From the IMG/VR virus record IMGVR_UViG_3300043568_001227, positions 57,669 to 77,668 of that record: a stretch of DNA of 20,000 nucleotides; one strand, given 5' to 3'. Shown here piece after piece: positions 5,947 through 15,240 of the stretch; position 1 is the first letter of the stretch, and every line of letters starts with the position of its first letter. Source of the stretch: an uncultured virus (IMG/VR IMGVR_UViG_3300043568_001227). Lineage: Duplodnaviria > Heunggongvirae > Uroviricota > Caudoviricetes. The translations under genes were made by a program, and so were the position numbers. Below the pieces are notes generated by a model. The model had not been told where the DNA came from. It ran no database searches and worked only from the letters and a program-made list of their open reading frames with translations.

Positions 5947-7446
5947 TTATTTTAATTTTGACATTAAATCTTTCATTCTTAAGAACTGAGGATTTTCGTA
6001 TGTTTTAGACTCAATCAAGTTAGCCGAAGAACCTGTTGATGGAGAACTTTGAATGGTTCTTTCCATTGATTCATTCATTGGTTGACTTGTCGTAGCCGAA
6101 AGGTCATCTTTTAATGTCTTATACAAGTTTTTAGATTCTTTAATAGTTTCAACACTATCAAAACGTCTTAAGATATTAATCTTCTCTTGTTTTGATGTCG
6201 AATGTTCTGTAAACAAACGTGTAGCATAAGCTAAGTTTGAATTAAACACTGCAACTTCGTTTAATTTATTTCTGAAAACGTTAAGTGCTTTTCTGTACTC
6301 TTCATTTTTTTCTCTAAGAACTTGTAATTCTTTGTTATCAACACTCTCTTTTTGGATTGCGGTATTAAATTTAGAGTGAGCTCTTGGTTTTGATAAACCA
6401 CCCTTTCTAAAGTTAGAACCGTTTCCTAAAGTTCTTGATGCTTCTTTGGTTTCAACCTTTTTAACAGTTTTCATATCACCGTCAAGATTTTCACCGTCTT
6501 TGTATTCAAATTTCGCTTTACCAGTACCCATAGTTTTATTAACTGTTTTTTTCACAGTTTTGAAACCACCTTCTTGGTTAGGTTTGTTTGAGTATACTTT
6601 TTTCTTATTTGGATTTCCCATGCCAACACCCTTAGGTTTGATTGACATCTTTTTAGATTCCATAACAGGTTCTTCTTCCATATCCTCGTCTTCTTCTTCG
6701 TAAGATTCGTACATTTCTTCTTCTACTTCATCTTCTTCAGATAGACCCATATCTTCTTCACCTTCTTCTTCGTTGAATTCAATTTCATAAACAATTTCTT
6801 CACTGTCCATTCCTTCTTCTTCTCCGAACTCTAATTCATCTTTTTCAAAATCCATTTCTTCTAATTCGTCGTTATCTTTTTTAAATACTCTATCAATGAT
6901 GCTATTGATGTCTTCGTCTTCATCGTCTTCCATACCAAAATCTGACATATCATCCATTTCAAACATTTCTTCAGAATCATCCATAAATTCTTCACCTTCA
7001 CCAACAATCATATATTCTTTTTCAGAATCTTTAAGATTGATATTACCTGAATTATCTTTGGTAACCACGATATTATCTTCAGGTCCCATTAAACTAAATA
7101 CACGTAAGATTTCATCTTCGTCGTCAACGTCGGTAAGGTCAATAGTTTCATCGTCATCCATAAAGTCATCCTCCATAGAATCTTCATCATCCATATCCAT
7201 ATCTAAATTATCAGTATCCATTTCCATTCCTTCGTCGTCAGACATATCGTCTTCCATTTCAGGCTCGTCCATTTCAACATCCGTTTCAATCTCGTCTTCT
7301 TGTTCAGTTAGAGATTCTTTTACTAGTTCTTTGATTTCTTCCTTCATAGTTGAAGCAAGTATTCCTTTTGCATTTTCCGCAACCGCTTCTTCCAAATTTT
7401 TCATTTGGATGATTGCTTCTTCCACTAAAGATTTTTCTTTCGCCAT
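5947..7446 (-). CDS. prohead core/scaffolding protein (gp22-like position), highly acidic (499 aa)
   Basis: Directly upstream of the capsid gene; long D/E/M-rich tract, coiled-coil C-terminus and many L/I/M-x-E sites typical of protease-degraded core proteins. Confidence 0.8.
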   Translation of the reverse strand: MAKEKSLVEEAIIQMKNLEEAVAENAKGILASTMKEEIKELVKESLTEQEDEIETDVEMDEPEMEDDMSDDEGMEMDTDNLDMDMDDEDSMEDDFMDDDETIDLTDVDDEDEILRVFSLMGPEDNIVVTKDNSGNINLKDSEKEYMIVGEGEEFMDDSEEMFEMDDMSDFGMEDDEDEDINSIIDRVFKKDNDELEEMDFEKDELEFGEEEGMDSEEIVYEIEFNEEEGEEDMGLSEEDEVEEEMYESYEEEDEDMEEEPVMESKKMSIKPKGVGMGNPNKKKVYSNKPNQEGGFKTVKKTVNKTMGTGKAKFEYKDGENLDGDMKTVKKVETKEASRTLGNGSNFRKGGLSKPRAHSKFNTAIQKESVDNKELQVLREKNEEYRKALNVFRNKLNEVAVFNSNLAYATRLFTEHSTSKQEKINILRRFDSVETIKESKNLYKTLKDDLSATTSQPMNESMERTIQSSPSTGSSANLIESKTYENPQFLRMKDLMSKLK

Positions 7447-7468
7447 TTGTATGTTTTTAATTTACTAT

Positions 7469-7541
7469 ATAAATATCTCCCAATATCAAAAAAGTTTTAA
7501 TTAAACTAATTTGATAATTGGTTTTTTATTTATTATAAATA
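7469..7541 (-). promoter_or_regulatory. two copies of the putative late-promoter motif TATTTATA upstream of the scaffold-capsid operon
   Basis: ATAAATA on the plus strand at 7469-7475 and 7535-7541; the same motif precedes most minus-strand genes. Confidence 0.65.
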
Positions 7542-7561
7542 TTACCATTTTGATAAAAAAC

Positions 7562-7588
7562 AAAAAAGGGGACAAATGTCCCCCTTTT
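7562..7588 (-). terminator. intrinsic terminator after the protease/DUF4494-like genes
   Basis: Minus strand reads GGGGACA-TT-TGTCCCC then T6 (plus strand aaaaaaggggacaaatgtccccctttt). Confidence 0.85.
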
Positions 7589-7611
7589 ATTATTATTGAA
7601 ATGTAAAGATT

Positions 7612-7821
7612 TTATTCTATCACTTCATCTATTTTACTTTCAACAATTGCAGTTAGTCTCCAATCCTGTGTGTAGTTCTCAAAAACTTTCGTTACTTTGG
7701 CCTCAACATCAGTAGGGTTATAACCTTTTACTAATTTTTCTTCTCTTAATTTTTTAAGTTTTCCCGATTTTTCATCAATCATATCGGTTGTGATTTTTGC
7801 AATAAAATACTTTTCGTCCAT
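7612..7821 (-). CDS. small protein resembling DUF4494 (Bacteroidota and phage family), 69 aa
   Basis: YFIAKI...GKLKKLREEKLVKGYNPTDVEAKV...IVESKIDEVI recalls the DUF4494 pattern (wF..Kv...G..KKv.E.yLV.a.s.TeaEa.i). Recognised from memory. Confidence 0.5.
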   Translation of the reverse strand: MDEKYFIAKITTDMIDEKSGKLKKLREEKLVKGYNPTDVEAKVTKVFENYTQDWRLTAIVESKIDEVIE

Positions 7822-7835
7822 GTTATAATTTTTTT

Positions 7836-8564
7836 TTAATATCCTAAATAATCGTTCAATTTTTTCATTAAGTCAAGTGATTTATTTCCACTTTCCCCAA
7901 CTTGTCTTTCGACTTTCATTTTTTTCTCCTCTTCCAAGTTCTCCTCAAAGTTAAATCTATCTTCAGGATTTTGGAATAAATACGCTCCTGGTGTTGATGG
8001 TGAGGATACTAAGTCAAAACAGATTAATTCAAAATCTTCTTGGACCTCATTCTGTTCACCAACTTTTTTAAGGGAACCAACTCCTCTTGAAGAGATTCCT
8101 AACGTAACTCCTTGTCTTAGGTAATTAGCGGCTAAATCTCCTTTAGTTGATACAATACCTCTTTCGTGGAATCCTGGTGATGTAAGTAATTGTATCTTAC
8201 CCATTAGTACAGGACCTTCCCACCATATTTCAGTTATTGCATGAGAAACTCTATCTAAATCAATTAATGACGATTCAGGGTGATTTAACTCTGAAAGAGC
8301 GGTGCCCTTTTCTATCATTTTTTTATAGTTTTCTGATTCTCTTTTTAAAATACGTTCAGGGTATATTCTACCATTTCTGTTTGGGGTATTATATTTCTGT
8401 AATACCGCATAAAATTCAAATGGTTTAGAGTGGTCTAACATATTACCTTTAGATTCTTTAATAACCTTAGCATTATGTGTATCTGTTGGTGATACGTAAC
8501 CCGCATCGTATTCTATTAATATACCTTTACCTATTTCAGTTGGTTGTAAAATTCTTAAATTCAT
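7836..8564 (-). CDS. prohead core protease, T4 gp21-like (242 aa from ATG 8564)
   Basis: NRNGRIYP, ELNHP (catalytic His), GISSRGVGS (catalytic Ser) and FDLVSSPSTPGAY. ATG 8564 (MNLRIL) follows the TATTTAT motif at 8580-8586. Confidence 0.95.
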   Translation of the reverse strand: MNLRILQPTEIGKGILIEYDAGYVSPTDTHNAKVIKESKGNMLDHSKPFEFYAVLQKYNTPNRNGRIYPERILKRESENYKKMIEKGTALSELNHPESSLIDLDRVSHAITEIWWEGPVLMGKIQLLTSPGFHERGIVSTKGDLAANYLRQGVTLGISSRGVGSLKKVGEQNEVQEDFELICFDLVSSPSTPGAYLFQNPEDRFNFEENLEEEKKMKVERQVGESGNKSLDLMKKLNDYLGY

Positions 8565-8586
8565 CTCAAATGTTTTATTATAAATA

Positions 8587-9057
8587 TTAAACATTCTCTA
8601 ATTGTAGCGTATCATCGTTTGTTTTGATTTTTTTAGTTAGATAAAAGTTGAAGTAATCGTTACCGATAAAGTTTTCGTAAAAAATTCTATTAGTAATATC
8701 TTTAAGTGAATCTTTAATTTCTTTTGATTTAAAGTCATGTCCTTCATGATTTAAAAAGAAATTAATCTCTAAGTTCATAAAAGATTTTTTACCTTGATTT
8801 AATCCGCTGGACCTTAAATCTAAATCTACTATAAATTTATCATCAAATAACTCTTTATCTAAGGATTCGTAGACCGAATGTTTTATGGCTCTGCTCATAT
8901 TGAGAACTGTCCTTGTCCAATTTTCGCACTCTGTAGTTGGTTCTACCCATGTTTGGATGTTAAGATAGAGTGACTTTAAATTCATCGAATCAACTGTTCC
9001 ATATACTACCTTGGCAGTGTTGAATCCGTGAATGTGTGAGGTTTTACCCTTTTTCAT
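8587..9057 (-). CDS. hypothetical protein (156 aa)
   Basis: ORF track; good length and composition; a possible host-type promoter lies upstream (TTTG-20 nt-TATTTTTA, minus strand ~9091-9122). Confidence 0.8.
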   Translation of the reverse strand: MKKGKTSHIHGFNTAKVVYGTVDSMNLKSLYLNIQTWVEPTTECENWTRTVLNMSRAIKHSVYESLDKELFDDKFIVDLDLRSSGLNQGKKSFMNLEINFFLNHEGHDFKSKEIKDSLKDITNRIFYENFIGNDYFNFYLTKKIKTNDDTLQLENV

Positions 9058-9144
9058 TAAATTTCATAATTTCTAAGTTTATTGTTTTAATAAAAATAGG
9101 TATATTTACTGCAATAGTCAAAATAAATATAAACTCACAAAAAC

Positions 9145-9339
9145 ATGTTAATCATAAAGGTAGAAAAAAATGTAACTCTTGAAAAAGCGTTAAAAATTTA
9201 CAAAAGCAAAGTCATAAAGACAAGGCAAAGTAAGGAATTAAATGAACGAAAAGAATTCCAAAAAAAATCTGTTAAAAATAGGAATATGATTTCAAAAGCG
9301 AAATACGTTCAGAAAAAATATAAATCAAATAACGATTAA
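9145..9339 (+). CDS. rpsU: phage-encoded 30S ribosomal protein bS21 (64 aa)
   Basis: MLIIKV...LEKALKIYKSKV.KT...EL.ERKEF.KKSV..R..I.KAKY fits Bacteroidota bS21 (MLII.v....IdrALK.yK.K..kT.....LR.R..F.KPSv..R....KA.Y). It lies antisense within the head module, as is known for bS21-carrying freshwater phages. Confidence 0.88.
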   Translation: MLIIKVEKNVTLEKALKIYKSKVIKTRQSKELNERKEFQKKSVKNRNMISKAKYVQKKYKSNND

Positions 9340-10055
9340 AGATTCTCATTCAAACTTTTAAGTTTGAAATAAGTTAACTTGTCGTATTTTTCTGAAATTA
9401 CTTTATCAAGAGTTTCATCAATTCTTGTTTGAGTTGAGTTATCTTCATTATTATTTTTCATTTCAGTTAATTTAGTTACAACACTTTTTTTAACATCATC
9501 AAATTTTTGGTTTAAAGTAACGTCATCTTCAGATAAAAGTTTTGTTAATTCTTTTTTATCTGACTCAGTTAATGAATCAATAAAATTTGTGATTGTTTTA
9601 TTTGCAACATTAACCATAGAAGTTAGCGATATTTGAACAGTATCTGCTTTCTTGATAGGTAATTTCTTAAGAGATTCTGAAATGTATTTTTTACTAGTTA
9701 TTCTTGATTCGATTGTTAGGACATCTCTCGAGAATAAATTATCAATATTATTATACTGATTGTCAACCTTAGAATTTTTAATCCAAGACTTTAATGGTGT
9801 AATATCCGACTCTTGTATTTTATTAATGGTATTTTCATAAATGGTTATACATTCATTCACATATTCATTAACGATAGATTCCGATAATCCTTTATTAGAA
9901 GATAAATCATCATATAAATAAAAAAGTTTGCATATTTTTTTATTTTCTAAAACTAACTTTTTAAAGTTTTTGAATTCTTGTTTAAATGTGTTGTTTTTAT
10001 ATGATTCTAATAACACATCTTCTATCTTCGATTTAATTATTCCAAAATTTGTCAT
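9336..10055 (-). CDS. hypothetical helical head-module protein (239 aa)
   Basis: Directly downstream of the portal, with its own TATTTATA motif and numerous L/I-x-E sites (LLES, LSES, IQES, ISES, LTES, LNEN). Confidence 0.8.
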   Translation of the reverse strand: MTNFGIIKSKIEDVLLESYKNNTFKQEFKNFKKLVLENKKICKLFYLYDDLSSNKGLSESIVNEYVNECITIYENTINKIQESDITPLKSWIKNSKVDNQYNNIDNLFSRDVLTIESRITSKKYISESLKKLPIKKADTVQISLTSMVNVANKTITNFIDSLTESDKKELTKLLSEDDVTLNQKFDDVKKSVVTKLTEMKNNNEDNSTQTRIDETLDKVISEKYDKLTYFKLKSLNENL

Positions 10056-10075
10056 CTCTTTTTTATTTATAAATA

Positions 10076-11920
10076 TCAGTCTTTTAGAAGTTTGTTTAAC
10101 TCTTTTTCCATTTCACCTAAAGAATTTCTTGCTTTAGACAAATCAATAAATGAATCCGAATCTGTTAAGTTATCACTTTCTAATAAAATTGTTAAGTTAT
10201 CACGTTTATATGATTCAGGTGTTATCTCCGCTTCACCTCCTGGTTCAGGTCCTGGTGGTGGTGGTATTGGAGCCCCTCCACCCATATCTTCAGGTGCTCC
10301 TAATCCTCCACCACTTGATTCACCTCCTGGAGGTGGTGGGGTTGCTCCCACAGTTTGAGTTGCGCCTGATTTAACACCATATAGTTTATCAATATTGTCA
10401 AATACACCTGTATGACTGATAATAGTCGCCGTGTTAGTTAATTCAGCACCAACCGCTTTTTCAATACGTTGTTGTTGTAAATCTAATTTAATTTCTTCAT
10501 CAGAGAATCCTAATACGTGTTTCTTAGCCCAAGTTACAGAAACTGGTGCAATACCTTCGATTGCCGTTACTGCATCTTTATATAATAAAACTTTTTCTTT
10601 CCAAACATCAATTTTTAATAAATCGGCCTGTGTTGATGGGTTAGTTAAACCTAATGTAAAGTTTGACAATTCATCTTCAAACCCTAATAAGAATAAATGG
10701 ATGATAGCTATTTTATTCATTTCCGCAATCATAGATTTTTGAATTCTATTAATTGTTCTTGCGAAACGGATATCTTGTAATGATAAATTCTTACCATCAC
10801 CAACAACTTCCTCAAACCCTAAAAACGCTTTAGGAACTCTAAGGGCGGTTAATAATTTCTTTTGGATGTATTCAATATCGGCAATCTCCGCTAAATTCTG
10901 TGCACCTGGTAGAGTCTCAATTGGAGATGCTTGAGCAGGGTCACGTACAGGAATAAAATAATCTTGGTCAACCGCCATTTGATTAAATCTCATATCAACA
11001 TTACCTGATTGACTATCAACAACCTGACTACGTTTGAATTTGTTCGCAACACGTTGTACATACGACTCAACATCTTTATCGTCCATATTACCTACAAAGA
11101 CTTTAAAGACACGTCTTTCAGGGGCTCTTGAGGTACGATAGATTAACATTGCGTCTTCCGATAATAATAATTGTTTCCAAATACGTCTCGCTTTTTCTAA
11201 CATAGAAGTACCATAAGGTAATTTTCTATCATCACCTAATAATCTAAAGTGGGCAATTTCCCATGAATTAAATTCCATGTCTTTAGCCTTCCACTTAAAT
11301 CTTAAACCTTTATTTTCTGCGGGTTCCTCGACGTTTGCCGATTTTGCCGCCATACCTCTTTCAAGTCGTTCAATCTCAATATTTGGTAATTGCATACATC
11401 CAACAATACCTTTTTCAGCATCTAATTTTAAATAAACAAAATTATCACCGTATTTTGCGGTATTTCTTGTCCACATCGGTAAATTAGTATTGATATCTAA
11501 AACATTATTAAACAAGTCAATTAAGATTGATTTAATACGTTTAGATTCTGAATATATTTGTAACATGTAACCATTTTGGTCAACAGTTGTTGATTCTTCA
11601 CCGTAGATATCTAAAGCCGCCGAAATTTCAGGAGTATATTCCATTGATTCATAATCATAGAATGATGCTAATCTTGTTGGTTCATAATAAACCGCTTGAG
11701 TGTATAAGTTACTCTCAATTTTAGTCCATTGATTGGCTAAGTAATACGTTTGTTGAGCTTGTAATTTTTCTTTATCGTATTCCTGTTTTGATGTCGTTTT
11801 TAATAACTCAGTCTTGTCTAACTTATATGTTGGATAATCTTGATTTAACAGGGCGTTAGGACCGAAGGCTTGAGATAGCCTCTGCCAAACTGTAAATTGA
11901 TTATTTTGATTGTTTTCCAT
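10076..11920 (-). CDS. portal protein, T4 gp20-like (614 aa)
   Basis: YGTSMLEKARRIWKQLLLSEDAMLIYRTSRAPERRVFKVFVGNM, DYFIPVR, IETLPGAQNL and DIEYIQKKLLTALRVPKAFL; Pro/Gly-rich C-terminal tail. Confidence 0.96.
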   Translation of the reverse strand: MENNQNNQFTVWQRLSQAFGPNALLNQDYPTYKLDKTELLKTTSKQEYDKEKLQAQQTYYLANQWTKIESNLYTQAVYYEPTRLASFYDYESMEYTPEISAALDIYGEESTTVDQNGYMLQIYSESKRIKSILIDLFNNVLDINTNLPMWTRNTAKYGDNFVYLKLDAEKGIVGCMQLPNIEIERLERGMAAKSANVEEPAENKGLRFKWKAKDMEFNSWEIAHFRLLGDDRKLPYGTSMLEKARRIWKQLLLSEDAMLIYRTSRAPERRVFKVFVGNMDDKDVESYVQRVANKFKRSQVVDSQSGNVDMRFNQMAVDQDYFIPVRDPAQASPIETLPGAQNLAEIADIEYIQKKLLTALRVPKAFLGFEEVVGDGKNLSLQDIRFARTINRIQKSMIAEMNKIAIIHLFLLGFEDELSNFTLGLTNPSTQADLLKIDVWKEKVLLYKDAVTAIEGIAPVSVTWAKKHVLGFSDEEIKLDLQQQRIEKAVGAELTNTATIISHTGVFDNIDKLYGVKSGATQTVGATPPPPGGESSGGGLGAPEDMGGGAPIPPPPGPEPGGEAEITPESYKRDNLTILLESDNLTDSDSFIDLSKARNSLGEMEKELNKLLKD

Positions 11921-11957
11921 GTAATAAATTTAATTCTAATTATCTATAATTAAATAG

Positions 11958-12113
11958 TTAATTTTGTTTACCTTTCTTTCCATTAGGGTCACCCTTTTGT
12001 TGGTTTATTTTATTATCACCACCAGGTCTAACATTACTAATACCCTGACCAGGTACGTTTAATTTACTACCATTAAGTTTGTTCCCCGATTTTTTTCTAG
12101 AAGTTAGTCCCAT
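11958..12113 (-). CDS. small basic Gly/Asn/Lys-rich protein (51 aa), not in the ORF track
   Basis: Hand translation: MGLTSRKKSGNKLNGSKLNVPGQGISNVRPGGDNKINQQKGDPNGKKGKQN*. It fills the terminase-portal gap, with TATTTAT 14 nt upstream. Confidence 0.7.
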   Translation of the reverse strand: MGLTSRKKSGNKLNGSKLNVPGQGISNVRPGGDNKINQQKGDPNGKKGKQN

Positions 12114-12134
12114 GTGATATTTTATTAATAAATA

Positions 12135-13904
12135 TTATCTAATACCAAATAACCAACCGTACTTTTGATAATCTTCTTTAGACATGTTCTGATTATTATA
12201 TTGACCTATTCTTTCTGACATGTGTGGTATAACAGGATTAAATTCTAAATTTTTCGCAACTTGGTCATTATTGCTAACCGCCCAAGACTCAATCATTGCC
12301 TTAGTATGTTCGACAACTTTAGTTAAATTACTAAATGACGACTCAGCAACATAAGTTGCCATGGCGACTGACATAATTAAGTCATCATGATGTCCTTTTT
12401 GGTGGTCAGGACGACCATTAATGTAAATGAAAGTATTCATTTCATTGAAAAGTCTTGAACTGTAGATTTTAAACCCATGTCTCATCCCTTCTTCAAATGA
12501 AGCAATAATTTGAACTCTTTTATTATTAAAATTAATTCCTGGTATTTTTTCATGGGACTTAGAATCGTATTTCCACTTATTAGCGGTGTCAACACCATCA
12601 ACATATAAGTCTTTATAACCCATTTCCTGTAATTTTCTTGAGGTGGAAACTCCCATTCCACCTGTGATATCAATCACAATAAAACATGAATACATGTTGG
12701 CCCATTTATAACAAATTTCCGCCATAGTATCAGGAGGTAATTTACCAACATATTCCGCAACTTGTTCTCTTTCGTCAAAATCAATGATTTGGAACGAACT
12801 AAAGTCTTCACTATCCCCACGAGAAACGTCGACCCCCATAATGTATTTATGTCCAACGACAGGTTCTTTCCAAATCCACAAAGCATTACCCATCATTTTA
12901 TTCTTGGGTTCTACAATAGAATTTTCTCTAATTGTTTGTAACATTTTAGAATCAAATACGTTATCACCTGAACCTAAGAAGTTACATTCCAACTCCTGAG
13001 ATACTTTACGTTTATCATATTTTAATTTCTTAACCATCGCTTCAAACCAAGACGAGCAAGGTTTATAACCTTGATTCATTAATTCTCTCAGTTCTTTATA
13101 ATCTCTTTCGTGTGCGGGTATATGGGACCAACTGAGTATATCTTTTTCACTGTATTCTTCTTTATTTAAAAGATAGTGAATCATATCGTCGGTTTTAACC
13201 AAATATAAATCTTTTGTGTAACGAGGGTCACGGTACCAATACATTTCAGAAATCCTGAAGTCATTCATATTCCTTAACGCTTGGTCGTATATCTCATAAT
13301 AAATTCGGTCATAACCATTTGGTGTTGAGACTACGATTACTTTACCACCTGTAGATAAGGACGCCATACAAGCTGCCCAAAAATCACTGTCGGCCTCGAT
13401 AAATGCCGCCTCATCAAATACAAGTATTGTTGGTGTAAATCCACGTAAGGCATCTTTAGATGTTGCAACGGCTTTAACCTCACTACCGTTATTTAGTTTA
13501 TAATGTTTTTGTGAGTTTTTTTCTACCGCAAAATCAATACCGACCCAACTTGGCCATTGACTGATAAAAGCTCTAATCTTGTTAGCCATCTCTAATGACG
13601 TATCAAGTTTATTGGCTATTATAAGGATTTTTTCGGGTTTGTTTTTCTTAGCAAAAGAAAGTTTCATCGAAGCCCAAGCTGCGGTAACCGTAGATACACC
13701 CGCTTGTCGATATTTTAAGGCAATATTTTCGTTGTAATTTTCGTAATCCTCAAGTAATGATACTTGGTCAGGAAATAATTCTAACGGTACGTATTTAGAA
13801 ACTGTGTTATCGTATGTTTGTAGATATGTTTTTAACGCATATTGTACGTCCTTATGACATTTTACGTACTCTATTAGTACCTGTTCTCTGGTTAAATTTG
13901 ACAT
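12135..13904 (-). CDS. terL: terminase large subunit, T4 gp17-like (589 aa)
   Basis: LFPDQ (adenine motif), KYRQAGVST (Walker A), ILVFDEAAF (Walker B), VSTPNG (motif III), QELECNF, MGVDVSRG and HDDLIMS (RNase H-like nuclease). Confidence 0.96.
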   Translation of the reverse strand: MSNLTREQVLIEYVKCHKDVQYALKTYLQTYDNTVSKYVPLELFPDQVSLLEDYENYNENIALKYRQAGVSTVTAAWASMKLSFAKKNKPEKILIIANKLDTSLEMANKIRAFISQWPSWVGIDFAVEKNSQKHYKLNNGSEVKAVATSKDALRGFTPTILVFDEAAFIEADSDFWAACMASLSTGGKVIVVSTPNGYDRIYYEIYDQALRNMNDFRISEMYWYRDPRYTKDLYLVKTDDMIHYLLNKEEYSEKDILSWSHIPAHERDYKELRELMNQGYKPCSSWFEAMVKKLKYDKRKVSQELECNFLGSGDNVFDSKMLQTIRENSIVEPKNKMMGNALWIWKEPVVGHKYIMGVDVSRGDSEDFSSFQIIDFDEREQVAEYVGKLPPDTMAEICYKWANMYSCFIVIDITGGMGVSTSRKLQEMGYKDLYVDGVDTANKWKYDSKSHEKIPGINFNNKRVQIIASFEEGMRHGFKIYSSRLFNEMNTFIYINGRPDHQKGHHDDLIMSVAMATYVAESSFSNLTKVVEHTKAMIESWAVSNNDQVAKNLEFNPVIPHMSERIGQYNNQNMSKEDYQKYGWLFGIR

Positions 13905-13910
13905 GTTTCA

Positions 13911-15236
13911 TTATTTTGGTCTTGATATACCTAAACCACTTAAGAAATCATCTAATCCATCATCGTCATCTTCTTCATCATCACCACCACTTAACGCTTC
14001 TTCAGCATCATATTGTTTCAGTTCAGTAACGATTTCATTAACCATTCTCTGAATAAATTGAGTTCCTTGTGGGTTACCTGAAAGTATAAGTTTAGCAACT
14101 CTGAAAAATTCTTCAGCATTTAATTTAGAAAATCTCATAAATAAGTAGTGTTGGATATGTTTCATATCCTCATCAAACAATTCCATCGGGTAAGCCTCTA
14201 AGAATTTTTCCCAAAAAATTGGTCCTAAACGAGAATCCCAAATCTCAGCTGGTAAAGTATCCTCAGCCTTCATAATCATTTCTTGTTGTCTTGGGTCATC
14301 AGGTAAACCGTGAGTACCAAATATTTCATAAACACCTTTAACCAATTCATGAACTAAAAGTGGGAACGTCATTGCCCTCGCTTTTACTGTTGGTGGGTCT
14401 GTTTCGGTATCAACTTCTGATTGTCCCATTTGACCACCGCCACCGCCAGCCATTCCTTCCATATCAGGGAATAACCAATATGCGTGTTCCATTAAAGATT
14501 GCGACACGGTGTATAAATTCATTAATCTAGGGTCAACGTCATTAAGTTCTCTTGAAACTAAATTAAACATATGTCCCCCTTTGAAGGCGGCCCCTTGAAT
14601 AAGTGAGTTAATAAATCTTCTTTTCGCTCTCTCCAAATCAAATGTTTCGGCATCACCCATAAACTCTTCGATTTCTTCTTCACTTGGCATTTCAGGTTCT
14701 TCTTGCATTCCTTGAGACGCTCCCATTGGTTGCATAACCAATTTAGCATCAAACTGCATCGCTCCTTCAGGAATACCCATTTCTTTAATAACTAAATCAA
14801 CCGCAAGTTGTTCTAAAACTTCTTTGTTTTGCATTTGAATCGACACAACTGTTTGTAGCGATTGCATTGCGGTCATCATTAATGAATTTAATGGATTCGC
14901 TCCTTGGATTGCTCTGGTATCACCCATGGCTCTTCTAACTTTATCTACAGAATCTTTAAATCTTTTTGAGGAGATTAATTCAATATAATCCTTATCCATA
15001 TCCATATTAGGGATTGCTGGAAAGTTATTATAAGGAGTCCCTTTGGATGTAATTTTTCTTTCAATACCAGGTTCCATTCTTTCAGGGCCTTCATAATCAA
15101 TAGGAGCTTCTTTTAAGTTATTTTTTAACTCACTTAAAAGACTACGTTCACTATTAGTTAAACCTTCACTAACTAATTTTTTTTCTAAAAATTTTTTAAC
15201 TTTTAGATTTTTTTCTGTATTTGGATTTAGACTCAT
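13911..15236 (-). CDS. hypothetical phage head-module protein (441 aa)
   Basis: Long ORF just upstream of terL; LKE-A site near the N-terminus, a conserved-looking core (FPLLVHELVKGVYE, AEIWDSRLGP) and an acidic tail. Function not recognised. Confidence 0.8.
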   Translation of the reverse strand: MSLNPNTEKNLKVKKFLEKKLVSEGLTNSERSLLSELKNNLKEAPIDYEGPERMEPGIERKITSKGTPYNNFPAIPNMDMDKDYIELISSKRFKDSVDKVRRAMGDTRAIQGANPLNSLMMTAMQSLQTVVSIQMQNKEVLEQLAVDLVIKEMGIPEGAMQFDAKLVMQPMGASQGMQEEPEMPSEEEIEEFMGDAETFDLERAKRRFINSLIQGAAFKGGHMFNLVSRELNDVDPRLMNLYTVSQSLMEHAYWLFPDMEGMAGGGGGQMGQSEVDTETDPPTVKARAMTFPLLVHELVKGVYEIFGTHGLPDDPRQQEMIMKAEDTLPAEIWDSRLGPIFWEKFLEAYPMELFDEDMKHIQHYLFMRFSKLNAEEFFRVAKLILSGNPQGTQFIQRMVNEIVTELKQYDAEEALSGGDDEEDDDDGLDDFLSGLGISRPK

Positions 15237-15240
15237 TTTC

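Noticed and set aside
6896..7504. 202-aa Ser/Ile-rich plus-strand ORF, and similar antisense or alternate-frame ORFs (2693, 2813, 2860, 4930, 6446, 8237, 9928, 10092, 10150, 10431, 12482, 12674, 12784, 13814, 14558, 15221, 15600, 16751, 16923, 17024, 18730)
   Set aside because: Shadows of strongly supported genes; poly-Ser is the reverse complement of GAA/GAT-rich acidic codons; no motifs or promoter context.
13687..13720. Terminase Walker A lacking the canonical GKT lysine (KYRQAGVST)
   Set aside because: Deviant K-x-R-Q-x-G-x-S/T P-loops are common in phage terminases; not evidence of inactivity or novelty.
4043..13904. Introns or inteins in the capsid, portal or terminase genes
   Set aside because: The ORFs are continuous, with no C...HN/C-S-T intein ends or LAGLIDADG/HNH motifs; the capsid insertion lacks splicing motifs.
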